From Clostridia bacterium (lineage in GTDB: Bacteria > Bacillota > Clostridia > UBA1381), in assembly GCA_017935675.1 (NCBI GenBank), contig JAGBHE010000026.1:17436-81435 (forward strand): 64,000 bases of DNA. The letters are read 5' to 3'. The notes below the pieces were generated by a model that was not told the DNA's origin, made no database searches, and saw only the letters and a program-made list of their open reading frames with translations. Position 1 is the stretch's first letter. Each line of letters begins with the position of its first letter. The position numbers were made by a program, and so were the translations under genes. Below are positions 46,883-55,914 of this stretch, in pieces.

Positions 46883-49800
46883 ATGAAAGCAAGGTTAAAA
46901 ATTGTTGCAGCTTTGACAATTGCCGTGGTACTGAGCGCTGCATCTATAATATGCAATGCAGCTGATGACGGTTATATTACCAAGGAGGACATACCGCAAA
47001 TTAAAGAACAGACAGTATTTGACTATGACGCATTAAACGGTGATATATCTGAGGGACTTTTGGCAAATTTTGATTTTAACAGTGAAAATTCCGCGGCGGA
47101 GCTTTATGATAATGTAAATAATATTAAAGCTGATGTTATCGCCGGCAGGCCGGGCTGGTATACTCAGGCTAATGAGAATATAAGAGAATGGGACTATTCA
47201 GGGGAAAAGCTGGATTACGTTGACCCGCAGTCTTATTTGGGCTCCTTATCCACAAGCGACGGCATGCCTCGTTTTACAAAAAGAAAAAAGGGTGCCATAG
47301 GATCTTATATAGGTTTTTATAATCCTATGGCAAGTGTTGAAGTAGAGAATAATGATAAAATTCCCGCTGCAAACAACGATGAATATTCCATATCCTTCTG
47401 GGTTAAGGGAAATGATAATAGTTTGCGTAATAATTGCGTAATTTATGAAGAAAGGGGAAGGGGAAAATCCTATATTAAATTTGTGACCTCCGTGAGAAAT
47501 TTGCAGTATCATTATTATGCAGGCGGGTTTTTAAGAGTAATTATGGCAGATGAAAACGGAAATATTATTCTTGACAAAAAAACCGAAGGATTTCCTTTTG
47601 ACCTGTCATGGCATATGATTACATGGACAGATAAAAACGGAGAAGCATCTGTTTATATAGACGGGGAAAAGGATAGTACAGATTTTTCTTATGACGTGTC
47701 CAAAAAGCCGAGGTTTTTAAAATCATTTATCGGAACTCCGGCGGATGAGGTTGGCGATGCAGGAGACAGGTGCACAAATTTCTATTATGGTGCGGTTGAT
47801 GATTTTTATTTTTATAACAGGGTAATAACTCAACCGGAAATGAAGCAGCTTTTTTACAAAGCAAAAACAGGCCGTATGGCATGGGTAGAATTTGAAAACG
47901 GTATTTCCGATTATTATAACAATCTTGCATTATCAGGCAAGCCGGAATTGGTAAAAGGAATAAAAGGAAATGCAATAAGGCTTTCTGATGAAATTTCATC
48001 AAGCAAGCACCCGTCAATGTGTTTTGAAAATTCATTTACGGCAGCTTTTTGGATAAAGGTTGATAAAAACGGTGAAAACACAGTAATATCCAGAGGAAAT
48101 GATGATTTTAATGTAATTGTGGGAGATAATATAGCTTTTACAATAACTCAGACAGACGGAAAGAAGGTCAGTGTAAGCTCGCCCTTGCCCGAAAGGGATA
48201 AATGGTTTCATGTGGGTGCGGCTGCGGACGGCAGTAAAATTATATTGTACATTAATGCAGAAAAGGCAGATGAGGCGGAGTATGACGGAAAAATTCAGCT
48301 CAGCGGGAATATTTCTGTCTCAAAGGGTGACGATATCGGTATAATTGACGAGCTTAATATCTATAATTACGGCTGTTCTCAGACGGAGTTGAAGCTTTAT
48401 CAGGATATGCAGCCTGATTATATAAGAGAAACTGCAGTTACATTATATAATATGCTTGATGTAAACAATCCCTGTGTCCGTGATGTTGTGAATTTATATA
48501 GGTCAGGAGATTACAGCGGAATGCTTGATAAATTCAGGGATTTTTATTTTGAGCTTATTGATGAGGAAATTCTTCCGCAGGTTGAAAATTCTGTTGCAAA
48601 CGGAACATGGATATATTACGGGTATGACGATGAGGCAGTTGCATACGGACGCGGCTTCAGTATGGCGTCTTTTGATGATATAGGTGAGTTTGGAGATATT
48701 AACTGGGAATACGGTGCATTTGGTGAAAACGTTCAGTATCATCACCAAACTGTTGATTATTGGCAATGGAATCTGCAAACAATGGAACAGCTGAACTATA
48801 AAATGTATATTCAATTCGGGCAGGAAGAATATTTTGAAAGGTATTTTAAATTTACAAGAGATTTGGCGCTGCATAGATATAATATGCTTGTGGCTAACAA
48901 ATCGGAATGGAATGCAGTAGGCTTTCAGCAGCCGCTGCACCCGAATGTCGGTCAGACTGCTTTGGAGGATTTATGTACAAATTCATATTACTTTATTAAA
49001 ACAAATCCTGAGCTTGCAAGACGTTACCTGTCATCAACGGCTCTTGTAGAACAATTAAGGGAAGGAGCATCAAGATACCTGTCTCAGTTACTTTCGGTAA
49101 CTTCATACGGAAATCATGAATATGACAGTATTTCAATGGCATCACAATATGCATTGAGATTTAAAGGCCTGAAAATATCAAATGAAGTGTATAAGCAGTT
49201 TATGTATTTTTTTGAACAGGCGGTTAAAAAAGAAATGATGAGAGACGGCACGGGCTATGAGGCTACATGGCACTATAATTCTACCATGCCGTTCAGATTT
49301 GGTCAGGCATATGACATGTTCATGGGTTTGGGTTATTCCGATAAGAAATATGCAATGATGCAGTTAAAAAATCAGATTATAATGCGTGCAAGAATGATAG
49401 CCTGTCATATTATGCCATACGGAAAAAGCTTTATAGGAACAGGCTCAAGCGGCGGCGCGGCTCTTTCTGACAGTGACATTTTAGGCGGAAAAGACGCAGA
49501 AGACAATTTTGACACATCTATGAATGTCAAGCTGCTCGGAGGAAATTCTGTTGTAAAAAATGATCCTCTTATCAATCAATTGAAAAATGTCGCGGATAAC
49601 AAAGGCGATGTTCCCGCATTTACAAGCATGACATTTCCTTATCTGGGGAATTCCATATTAAGAACCGGATGGAGTGACAACGACAGAATGGCATATCTGA
49701 CAGGAAGTAAGTTCAGACAAAAGGAGGCTTGTGAAAAGAATGCTTTTCAATTAGCGGGATATGGAAGATTACTATTGGGAAGAGGCGGACATTCACAGGG

Positions 49801-50839
49801 AAATGCCGCCCTTGGACCTCAGGGTGACTATGCATTTACTTCACTCGGAAACAATACGGTAAATGTAGATGATAATGTACAGTCACCCCCTGACTCTTAT
49901 ATAACAAATTACCGTACAGAGCCAATAAATTACAGATTTTTAGCATCTGATGACTTTGACTTTGCGGAAGGCTTGTATGATGAAGGCTATGTAAATTATG
50001 ATACATTCTTAAAGAAAAGTGATGAGAAAAATAACATCTATACAAATCTTGGAAAAGTAGACGCAAAGGACGTTGAGCATCACAGGCAGGTTATATCTGT
50101 AAAAAATAAAGATGTATATATTATTTTTGATAGAATGAAAGCCAAGGACGAGCACGAATATCATCAGGAGTGGCATATTCCGTCAAGCTTCCCGGAAGAT
50201 ACGGTAAAGAATACAAATGATGGATTTATTACTGCCGATGACCGCGGGGCAAATGTTGCGATGTACCAGTTTTATAATGATAAAACTACATCTGAAAAGT
50301 ATTACGGCTGGGTAAATGAAGATGAAACATTGGCACGCGGCTGGGAAATGCGTCTTTATTCAGGCAGTTGGGATAAGGCAACTGATGTGCGCTTTAATTT
50401 CAAGGCTAAGGGCGATACTGTTCTTGTAACAGTAATTACACCGTTAAAGGATACCGAAGAAATAATAAAGTCGAAGAAAAATATCGGCAGCGGCACACAG
50501 CAGGGATTTGAGATAGAGCTTACAGACGGAACTATACTTAAATTGCTTACAGATGTTTCACCGAGGGAGCTGCAAATTGCTGATGTATCAACCAAAGCCT
50601 CAACATTATTGGTGGTTGAGGAACCCGGCAGTAACAAAAAGGGTATTGTTCTGGACGCATCAAGCCTTAGTGTAAACGGCAAAAAGATTGATTGCAGATA
50701 CAATAATAGTTTTGAATTTTCATATGGAGATAATACAAGTGTATCACCAATCAAAATACCACAGACGTTTAAATGGGTTGAGCAGGACGGTAATTTGGTC
50801 CCGAAGTATCAGAATATTGATCTTGAAAATTTAAAGTAA
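46883..50839 (+). CDS. 1318-aa secreted protein: two LamG (concanavalin-like) domains plus a divergent heparinase II/III-like region
   Basis: RBS GGGAGG then ATG 46883. LamG signatures YSISFWVKG..WHMITWTDKNGEASVYIDGEK..AVDDFYFYNRVITQPEMKQLF and FTAAFWIKV..KWFHVGAAADGSKIILYINAEK..IDELNIYNYGCSQTELKLY. The heparinase-like stretch FPYLGNSILRTGWSDNDRMAYL..LAGYGRLLLGRGG..NNTVNVDDNVQ aligns to the canonical stretch of the 14484 protein. Confidence 0.6.
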   Translation: MKARLKIVAALTIAVVLSAASIICNAADDGYITKEDIPQIKEQTVFDYDALNGDISEGLLANFDFNSENSAAELYDNVNNIKADVIAGRPGWYTQANENIREWDYSGEKLDYVDPQSYLGSLSTSDGMPRFTKRKKGAIGSYIGFYNPMASVEVENNDKIPAANNDEYSISFWVKGNDNSLRNNCVIYEERGRGKSYIKFVTSVRNLQYHYYAGGFLRVIMADENGNIILDKKTEGFPFDLSWHMITWTDKNGEASVYIDGEKDSTDFSYDVSKKPRFLKSFIGTPADEVGDAGDRCTNFYYGAVDDFYFYNRVITQPEMKQLFYKAKTGRMAWVEFENGISDYYNNLALSGKPELVKGIKGNAIRLSDEISSSKHPSMCFENSFTAAFWIKVDKNGENTVISRGNDDFNVIVGDNIAFTITQTDGKKVSVSSPLPERDKWFHVGAAADGSKIILYINAEKADEAEYDGKIQLSGNISVSKGDDIGIIDELNIYNYGCSQTELKLYQDMQPDYIRETAVTLYNMLDVNNPCVRDVVNLYRSGDYSGMLDKFRDFYFELIDEEILPQVENSVANGTWIYYGYDDEAVAYGRGFSMASFDDIGEFGDINWEYGAFGENVQYHHQTVDYWQWNLQTMEQLNYKMYIQFGQEEYFERYFKFTRDLALHRYNMLVANKSEWNAVGFQQPLHPNVGQTALEDLCTNSYYFIKTNPELARRYLSSTALVEQLREGASRYLSQLLSVTSYGNHEYDSISMASQYALRFKGLKISNEVYKQFMYFFEQAVKKEMMRDGTGYEATWHYNSTMPFRFGQAYDMFMGLGYSDKKYAMMQLKNQIIMRARMIACHIMPYGKSFIGTGSSGGAALSDSDILGGKDAEDNFDTSMNVKLLGGNSVVKNDPLINQLKNVADNKGDVPAFTSMTFPYLGNSILRTGWSDNDRMAYLTGSKFRQKEACEKNAFQLAGYGRLLLGRGGHSQGNAALGPQGDYAFTSLGNNTVNVDDNVQSPPDSYITNYRTEPINYRFLASDDFDFAEGLYDEGYVNYDTFLKKSDEKNNIYTNLGKVDAKDVEHHRQVISVKNKDVYIIFDRMKAKDEHEYHQEWHIPSSFPEDTVKNTNDGFITADDRGANVAMYQFYNDKTTSEKYYGWVNEDETLARGWEMRLYSGSWDKATDVRFNFKAKGDTVLVTVITPLKDTEEIIKSKKNIGSGTQQGFEIELTDGTILKLLTDVSPRELQIADVSTKASTLLVVEEPGSNKKGIVLDASSLSVNGKKIDCRYNNSFEFSYGDNTSVSPIKIPQTFKWVEQDGNLVPKYQNIDLENLK

Positions 50840-50855
50840 TTGGAGGGATACACAA

Positions 50856-53800
50856 TTGAAAGCAAAGAAGATATTAAGTGAGATATTAGTATTATCAATG
50901 TTTTGCGGCGGACTGTCTGCGGGGGCAAAGGGCTCTGAGGTGAATCTTGAAAAGTATCTTGATAAAGGCGAGGGCACATATGCAATTAATATGACTGATA
51001 ACAGACCGTTTAACGGAGCTTATGTTGTAAGCAAAGACGGAAAGCTTTGTTTCAGGGGCGAGTTCATAAAACCCGTAAGCGGAAGAACAGGCAGCGTCAA
51101 TACCGGTATTCAGGTGTTTAATGCGGGAAAGGATTTAAATGCTGCGAAAAAAGGTATAATAAAGGTAAAAGCAAATATACTGCACGAGGGAGACAAAACA
51201 GGAACAGAGTGTTTTGCAACGTCTTTGGGATTCCTCAATGCAGATGCAAGCAAAGAAACGGCATACTACGGCGGAAGGGTATATACCAATAAAATAACAA
51301 CACAGACCAATAAGGACATAAAAAATAGTGACGGAGGGTATTATGCTTTAGATGAAGGCTGGAACAGTGTAGTATTTGCAGTAAATACTGAGAAGGCAGT
51401 TGAAAAGGTATATCTTAATGATGAAATGATTTGTCCCGAAACATCTGTAAATGCCGATATATCAGGAGGCTGCAAGGTTTGGTACTGGGCATATTTCGGC
51501 GGACCGAGGGATGATTCGTCTTTTTACACAAGTGATTATGTTTTTGTAAACTATGATTGTGAAGAAGATATAGAAGCTGCAATTAATGACGCTGAAAATG
51601 AAATGAACCAGTGCAGCATTGACATTGCAAGGGATGTTATTGAACAGTATGCACCGGATGAGGATAAGCAGAATTATATTAAAATAATTGATGAATTACA
51701 AGAAGTGCTGGACAGCTCTGCTGAACTCTCGGATATGTCTGTTTCATACGGTACATTATCACCTGCGTTTTCAAAAGAAATAACTGAATACAAGGTTTCG
51801 CTTCCTTACGGCAGCACTGAGGTGCCTGATGTGAGCTTGAAAACGCTTTCTCCCATGGCAGAGACTGAAGTTGTAAAAGCTGACAGTATAAACGGCGAAA
51901 CAATAATAACAGTTACTTCAAAGGATGGCATGAGTAAAAATATATATTCAATATCTTATGAAGTTGAAAAGAATACGGATGCTTCTATAAGGGAAATCAG
52001 TGCAAAGGACTGTACACTTTCGCCTTCATTTTCTTCTCAGGTGAAGGATTATTATATAAATGTTCCGTACGGAACATCATCAGCTCCGGTGATTAGTGTT
52101 GAAATGAATGACAGCAATGCCGAATATGATATAGTTTATCCTGACGGAATAGGAGATATTATCATAAATACATTGGCTGATAATGGGATTGATTCCTGTA
52201 CATACGTTTTGCATATGAATGTTTTGCCGCCTTTTTCAATTGAAAATGTATTGGTAAACGGAACCGATAAAACAATTGTAAGTGCGGATGTATTAATTGA
52301 TAAAAATTTTGATAAACCTTATGATATATATACATCAGTATACAGAAGGAGCGGTCAGGATATAGTTCCTTTGGCATGTGACAAAAAGCATTTTGAGGCA
52401 GGCTCTGCGGAGAATGAGAAGCATATTGCCGAATTCGGCAATATCAGCTATTCAGATGAATTGAGTGCACATGTAGTTATTGATGCGGCAGAGCAGGAAG
52501 AAAAATCAGAAACAATCGTTGTTACAGTTGATAATAAGGTTGTTAATCACTTGGAAGCGTTGACAGTAAATGCGGAAAATGTATATAGTAAAACCGTTCA
52601 GCTCAGAATAGCTGACAGTTCAGGCAATGTGCGCTTCTTTGAAGAGATTGAAACAGCAGATAACAGTATATCAAAAAGATATATTATGCCCGATGAAAAT
52701 TTATGGGAAGACGGAACATATACAATCTTTATTATAGACGGAAATAAATATAATACGGTTTTGTATGAGTTAAGACCGCTGTCTGATGACACATCGCTTA
52801 AATCTGTGACAACACAATACGGTGACGCATTATTTTCTGAGGATAAAATGTCATACACAATTCTTGTTCCGTATGGAACAGAAACAATTCCCGAGGTGAA
52901 GATAGAAACATCAGATAAAAATGCTGGATATAATTTAATTCCTGCGGTATCTGTTCCCGACAGGGGAAAGATTGTTGTAACGGCTGAGGATAAAACTGAA
53001 AAAACATATGATTTGCTCTATAGCTGGAATACAAATTGTGCATATTTAAAGGAGCTGTCAGCAGCAGGTGCTTCATTTACAAAGGCTTTTAATAAAACGG
53101 TTATGGATTATGAGGCAAAATTATCAGCCGGAACTGATTTTGTGCCGAAAATTAATGCGATAAGCGTTGATCCGAATGCAAAGGTTGATATTTCATATCC
53201 TTCTTCGGTAAAAGGAACTGCGGTAATTACAGTGGTTTCACAGGACCAGACAGAAAAAATGATTTACCGTATATACTTTTCTGTTAAAAACAGCAGCTCC
53301 GGCGGAGGCGGAGGCGGGAGCAGAGCTTATTCGGGCTCCGGCAATAAAGCTGTTCCCAATATAATTAATTCAACATTGGATGATAACAAGACAGAACCGC
53401 CGGACGATATTGATTCGGAAGCGTTTGAGGATATTTCTGATCATTGGGCAAAGAATGAAATTATTAAAATGAAGAATTATGGATATATAAAGGGTAAGGA
53501 CAATAAAAAATTCTTTCCTGACGATAACATTACAAGAGCTGAATTTTGCGAAATAATTGTTAAAGCATTGAGCTTAGAGCAAAATGATGATGGTGCAGTG
53601 TTTGATGACGTTCCTGAAAATTCATGGTTTTACAATAGTATAAGGGCTGCAAAGAGTGCTGAGATTATTGGCGGATACGGAAATCTGTTTAAGCCTGACA
53701 ACAATATTTCCAGAGAAGAGATGGCTTGTATTATTTACAGAACATATTTGATTTACAAGACTGATGATATTAATTCGAAGTCAGATTTTGAGGATTTTGA

Positions 53801-53954
53801 TGAAGTATCACAATGGGCCGGTGAGGCTGTTTCCGCCATAGCAGGACTTGGAATAATAAATGGCAAGGACAACAATAAATTTGAACCGAAATCCGATGCA
53901 ACACGTGCAGAGGCAGTTGTTATTATTAACAGACTTTTTGAAAAAATAAAATAA
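50856..53954 (+). CDS. 1032-aa SLH-anchored surface protein with an N-terminal lectin-like module and four cadherin-like beta-sandwich repeats
   Basis: TTG start after GGAGGGA, with a signal peptide. Four repeats of the type LSDMSVSYGTLSPAFSKEITEYKVSLPYGSTEVPDV.., IREISAKDCTLSPSFSSQVKDYYINVPYGTSSAP.., LKSVTTQYGDALFSEDKMSYTILVPYGTETIPEV.. and LKELSAAGASFTKAFNKTVMDYEAKLSAGTDFVP... Gly-rich linker SSSGGGGGGS, then three SLH repeats. Confidence 0.75.
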   Translation: MKAKKILSEILVLSMFCGGLSAGAKGSEVNLEKYLDKGEGTYAINMTDNRPFNGAYVVSKDGKLCFRGEFIKPVSGRTGSVNTGIQVFNAGKDLNAAKKGIIKVKANILHEGDKTGTECFATSLGFLNADASKETAYYGGRVYTNKITTQTNKDIKNSDGGYYALDEGWNSVVFAVNTEKAVEKVYLNDEMICPETSVNADISGGCKVWYWAYFGGPRDDSSFYTSDYVFVNYDCEEDIEAAINDAENEMNQCSIDIARDVIEQYAPDEDKQNYIKIIDELQEVLDSSAELSDMSVSYGTLSPAFSKEITEYKVSLPYGSTEVPDVSLKTLSPMAETEVVKADSINGETIITVTSKDGMSKNIYSISYEVEKNTDASIREISAKDCTLSPSFSSQVKDYYINVPYGTSSAPVISVEMNDSNAEYDIVYPDGIGDIIINTLADNGIDSCTYVLHMNVLPPFSIENVLVNGTDKTIVSADVLIDKNFDKPYDIYTSVYRRSGQDIVPLACDKKHFEAGSAENEKHIAEFGNISYSDELSAHVVIDAAEQEEKSETIVVTVDNKVVNHLEALTVNAENVYSKTVQLRIADSSGNVRFFEEIETADNSISKRYIMPDENLWEDGTYTIFIIDGNKYNTVLYELRPLSDDTSLKSVTTQYGDALFSEDKMSYTILVPYGTETIPEVKIETSDKNAGYNLIPAVSVPDRGKIVVTAEDKTEKTYDLLYSWNTNCAYLKELSAAGASFTKAFNKTVMDYEAKLSAGTDFVPKINAISVDPNAKVDISYPSSVKGTAVITVVSQDQTEKMIYRIYFSVKNSSSGGGGGGSRAYSGSGNKAVPNIINSTLDDNKTEPPDDIDSEAFEDISDHWAKNEIIKMKNYGYIKGKDNKKFFPDDNITRAEFCEIIVKALSLEQNDDGAVFDDVPENSWFYNSIRAAKSAEIIGGYGNLFKPDNNISREEMACIIYRTYLIYKTDDINSKSDFEDFDEVSQWAGEAVSAIAGLGIINGKDNNKFEPKSDATRAEAVVIINRLFEKIK

Positions 53955-54071
53955 CTAAAAGCAAGATGTTCCCCGCCTCTATAGGAGGCGGGTTCCACTT
54001 ACTTTTTTGGGGTGGGGGGTACAATCCCCCACCGAAACGTTGAATGACGGGGCTTTGCCCCTTATTGAACA
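53955..54071 (+). repeat. 117-nt three-hairpin intergenic element, copy 2 (see 2851-2966)
   Basis: Begins at the first base after the stop codon of the cadherin-like/SLH gene and ends 55 nt before the fucosidase ATG. Confidence 0.85.
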
Positions 54072-54126
54072 GTATATTATCGGACAGCTGCAGCTGTCCG
54101 ATAATTGGGAAATGGGAGTTTTTATA

Positions 54127-55857
54127 ATGTTATCGGAAAATGATAAACAAATACAATGGTTTAAAAATGCAAAATTAGGATTGTTTATACATTGGGGGCT
54201 TTATGCGGCAGCCGAGGGCTTCTGGAACGGGAAGGAAATCTCCGGAATCGGAGAGTGGATTGCTGCTAAGGCGCAAATCCCGAATGATGAATACGAAAAG
54301 CTTGCCCGGAAGATGACTTGTGAAAGGTTCAATCCCGATGAATGGGCAAGGCTGGCAAGTGATGCGGGCATGAAGTATTGCGTTTTTACTGCCAAGCACC
54401 ATGAGGGATTTGCCATGTATGACACAAAATATGATGATTATTCAATTGTTAAGCGTTCACCGTACGGAAAGGATATTGCAGGACAAATATCAGATTCTAT
54501 GAGAAAGCATAATATAGTTCCGTGTTTTTATTATTCTCATGCAATAGATTTTCATGAAAAAAATGCAATGGGGAACACATGGTATTATGAAACTCCCGAG
54601 GACGAGCGTGATTTTGCAGGCTATATTAACACAAAATGCAAGACGCAGTTGAAGGAGCTTCTGACAAATTACGGCGACTTGGGTCTGATATGGATGGATG
54701 TCCCGAAGGGTATAACAGAGGAAACGGCGCGGGAGTTAAAAGAATATGTTAAATCGTTTCAGCCTGATTGCTTAGTCAACGGCAGAATAGGCGGTACACT
54801 CGATATGGGTGATTACGGCTGTATGGGTGATAATCAGATTCCTACAGGTAAGCTGGATGGCTGTTGGGAAACAGCATCTACAATGAACGACACATGGGGC
54901 TATAAGCGCAATGATCATAATTTCAAGTCCGTAAAGGAAATTATTGAATTATTATGTGCAATAGTTTCAAAGGGAGCTAATCTTTTATTAAATATCGGAC
55001 CTACAAGCTCGGGAGAAATACCTGAAGAGAGTATATACATACTTAAAGAGCTTGGAAAATGGATGAAGATAAACGGCGAGGCGATTTATGATACACAAGC
55101 TTCACCGTTTAAATCCGATTTTACTTTCGGGCAATGCTGTCAAAAGGATAATATACTGTATTTCTTTGTTACGGGAAATCAGAAAAAAATAACTGTTAAA
55201 GGTATAAAAAACAGGGTGCAGTCTGTCAGCGTGTTAGGTATAGGTGATGCAGAGTTTACGCAGGGTGATGTGCTTGAGATTGAGATTTGTGAGCATGGTG
55301 AATATGTTACAGCTGTAAAAGTGATTCTTGACGGGAATGCTGATATATCTGAAGGCTTGTATGCCCAGGAAAGAGACAGTCTGTTTTTGCCCGCATATCT
55401 TGCAAATATAATAAAAAACGGTAATACACAAGCAATAGATAAGACTGATGAGGATGCGGCTGTTGATGCTGAACACTTCAATCTGAAAACAGCAGATGAA
55501 ATATGTATTTCGCCGTCAGGAACAGTTGAAAATTGGGTTAGTGCAAAAGATTATATAAGCTGGAAGTTTTATTCGGATGCTTGGGGTGAATATGAAGCGG
55601 TTGTTTACACTATGTCAAAAAAGTATGTCCCATGGGAAGGCAGTCAGACATTACATTTTGAGTGTAACGGTGAGTCATTGCCCGTAAAGCTCAAATCGGA
55701 TATTAAGGGTACGGGAGCAAATAAGAAATACTTTGATGAAACCGGAACTTTATTGGGCAGGACAGTTATACGAAAAGGTGAAAATACCTTTAATCTTTTT
55801 GCCGATAGTATTCCAAATGACTTGAGTATAAGTAAGGTTGTTCTGAAGCGGATTTAG
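54127..55857 (+). CDS. Alpha-L-fucosidase (GH29), cytoplasmic
   Basis: WFKNAKLGLFIHWGLYA and YCVFTAKHHEGFAMYDT are GH29 hallmarks. ATG 54127 follows GGGAG. The ORF-track extension from 54007 is translated repeat element. Confidence 0.85.
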   Translation: MLSENDKQIQWFKNAKLGLFIHWGLYAAAEGFWNGKEISGIGEWIAAKAQIPNDEYEKLARKMTCERFNPDEWARLASDAGMKYCVFTAKHHEGFAMYDTKYDDYSIVKRSPYGKDIAGQISDSMRKHNIVPCFYYSHAIDFHEKNAMGNTWYYETPEDERDFAGYINTKCKTQLKELLTNYGDLGLIWMDVPKGITEETARELKEYVKSFQPDCLVNGRIGGTLDMGDYGCMGDNQIPTGKLDGCWETASTMNDTWGYKRNDHNFKSVKEIIELLCAIVSKGANLLLNIGPTSSGEIPEESIYILKELGKWMKINGEAIYDTQASPFKSDFTFGQCCQKDNILYFFVTGNQKKITVKGIKNRVQSVSVLGIGDAEFTQGDVLEIEICEHGEYVTAVKVILDGNADISEGLYAQERDSLFLPAYLANIIKNGNTQAIDKTDEDAAVDAEHFNLKTADEICISPSGTVENWVSAKDYISWKFYSDAWGEYEAVVYTMSKKYVPWEGSQTLHFECNGESLPVKLKSDIKGTGANKKYFDETGTLLGRTVIRKGENTFNLFADSIPNDLSISKVVLKRI

Positions 55858-55914
55858 AAAAACGTGTTTATGATTTATCGGAATAAATGGAATAATGTTT
55901 TTGGAGGGCTGGTT

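Noticed and set aside
680-53330. Gly-rich stretches (around 680-715, 19970-20050 and 53295-53320) as possible simple-sequence contingency loci
   Set aside because: They are imperfect, in-frame, and always sit just before an SLH triad. They are best explained as flexible protein linkers, not slippage-prone tracts.
54007-54126. N-terminal extension of the fucosidase ORF (MGWGVQSPTETLNDGALPLIEQ...)
   Set aside because: It is translated from the 117-nt hairpin repeat. The same DNA at 2851-2966 is non-coding, and the GH29 homology starts at MLSENDKQIQWFKNAKLG with its own RBS.
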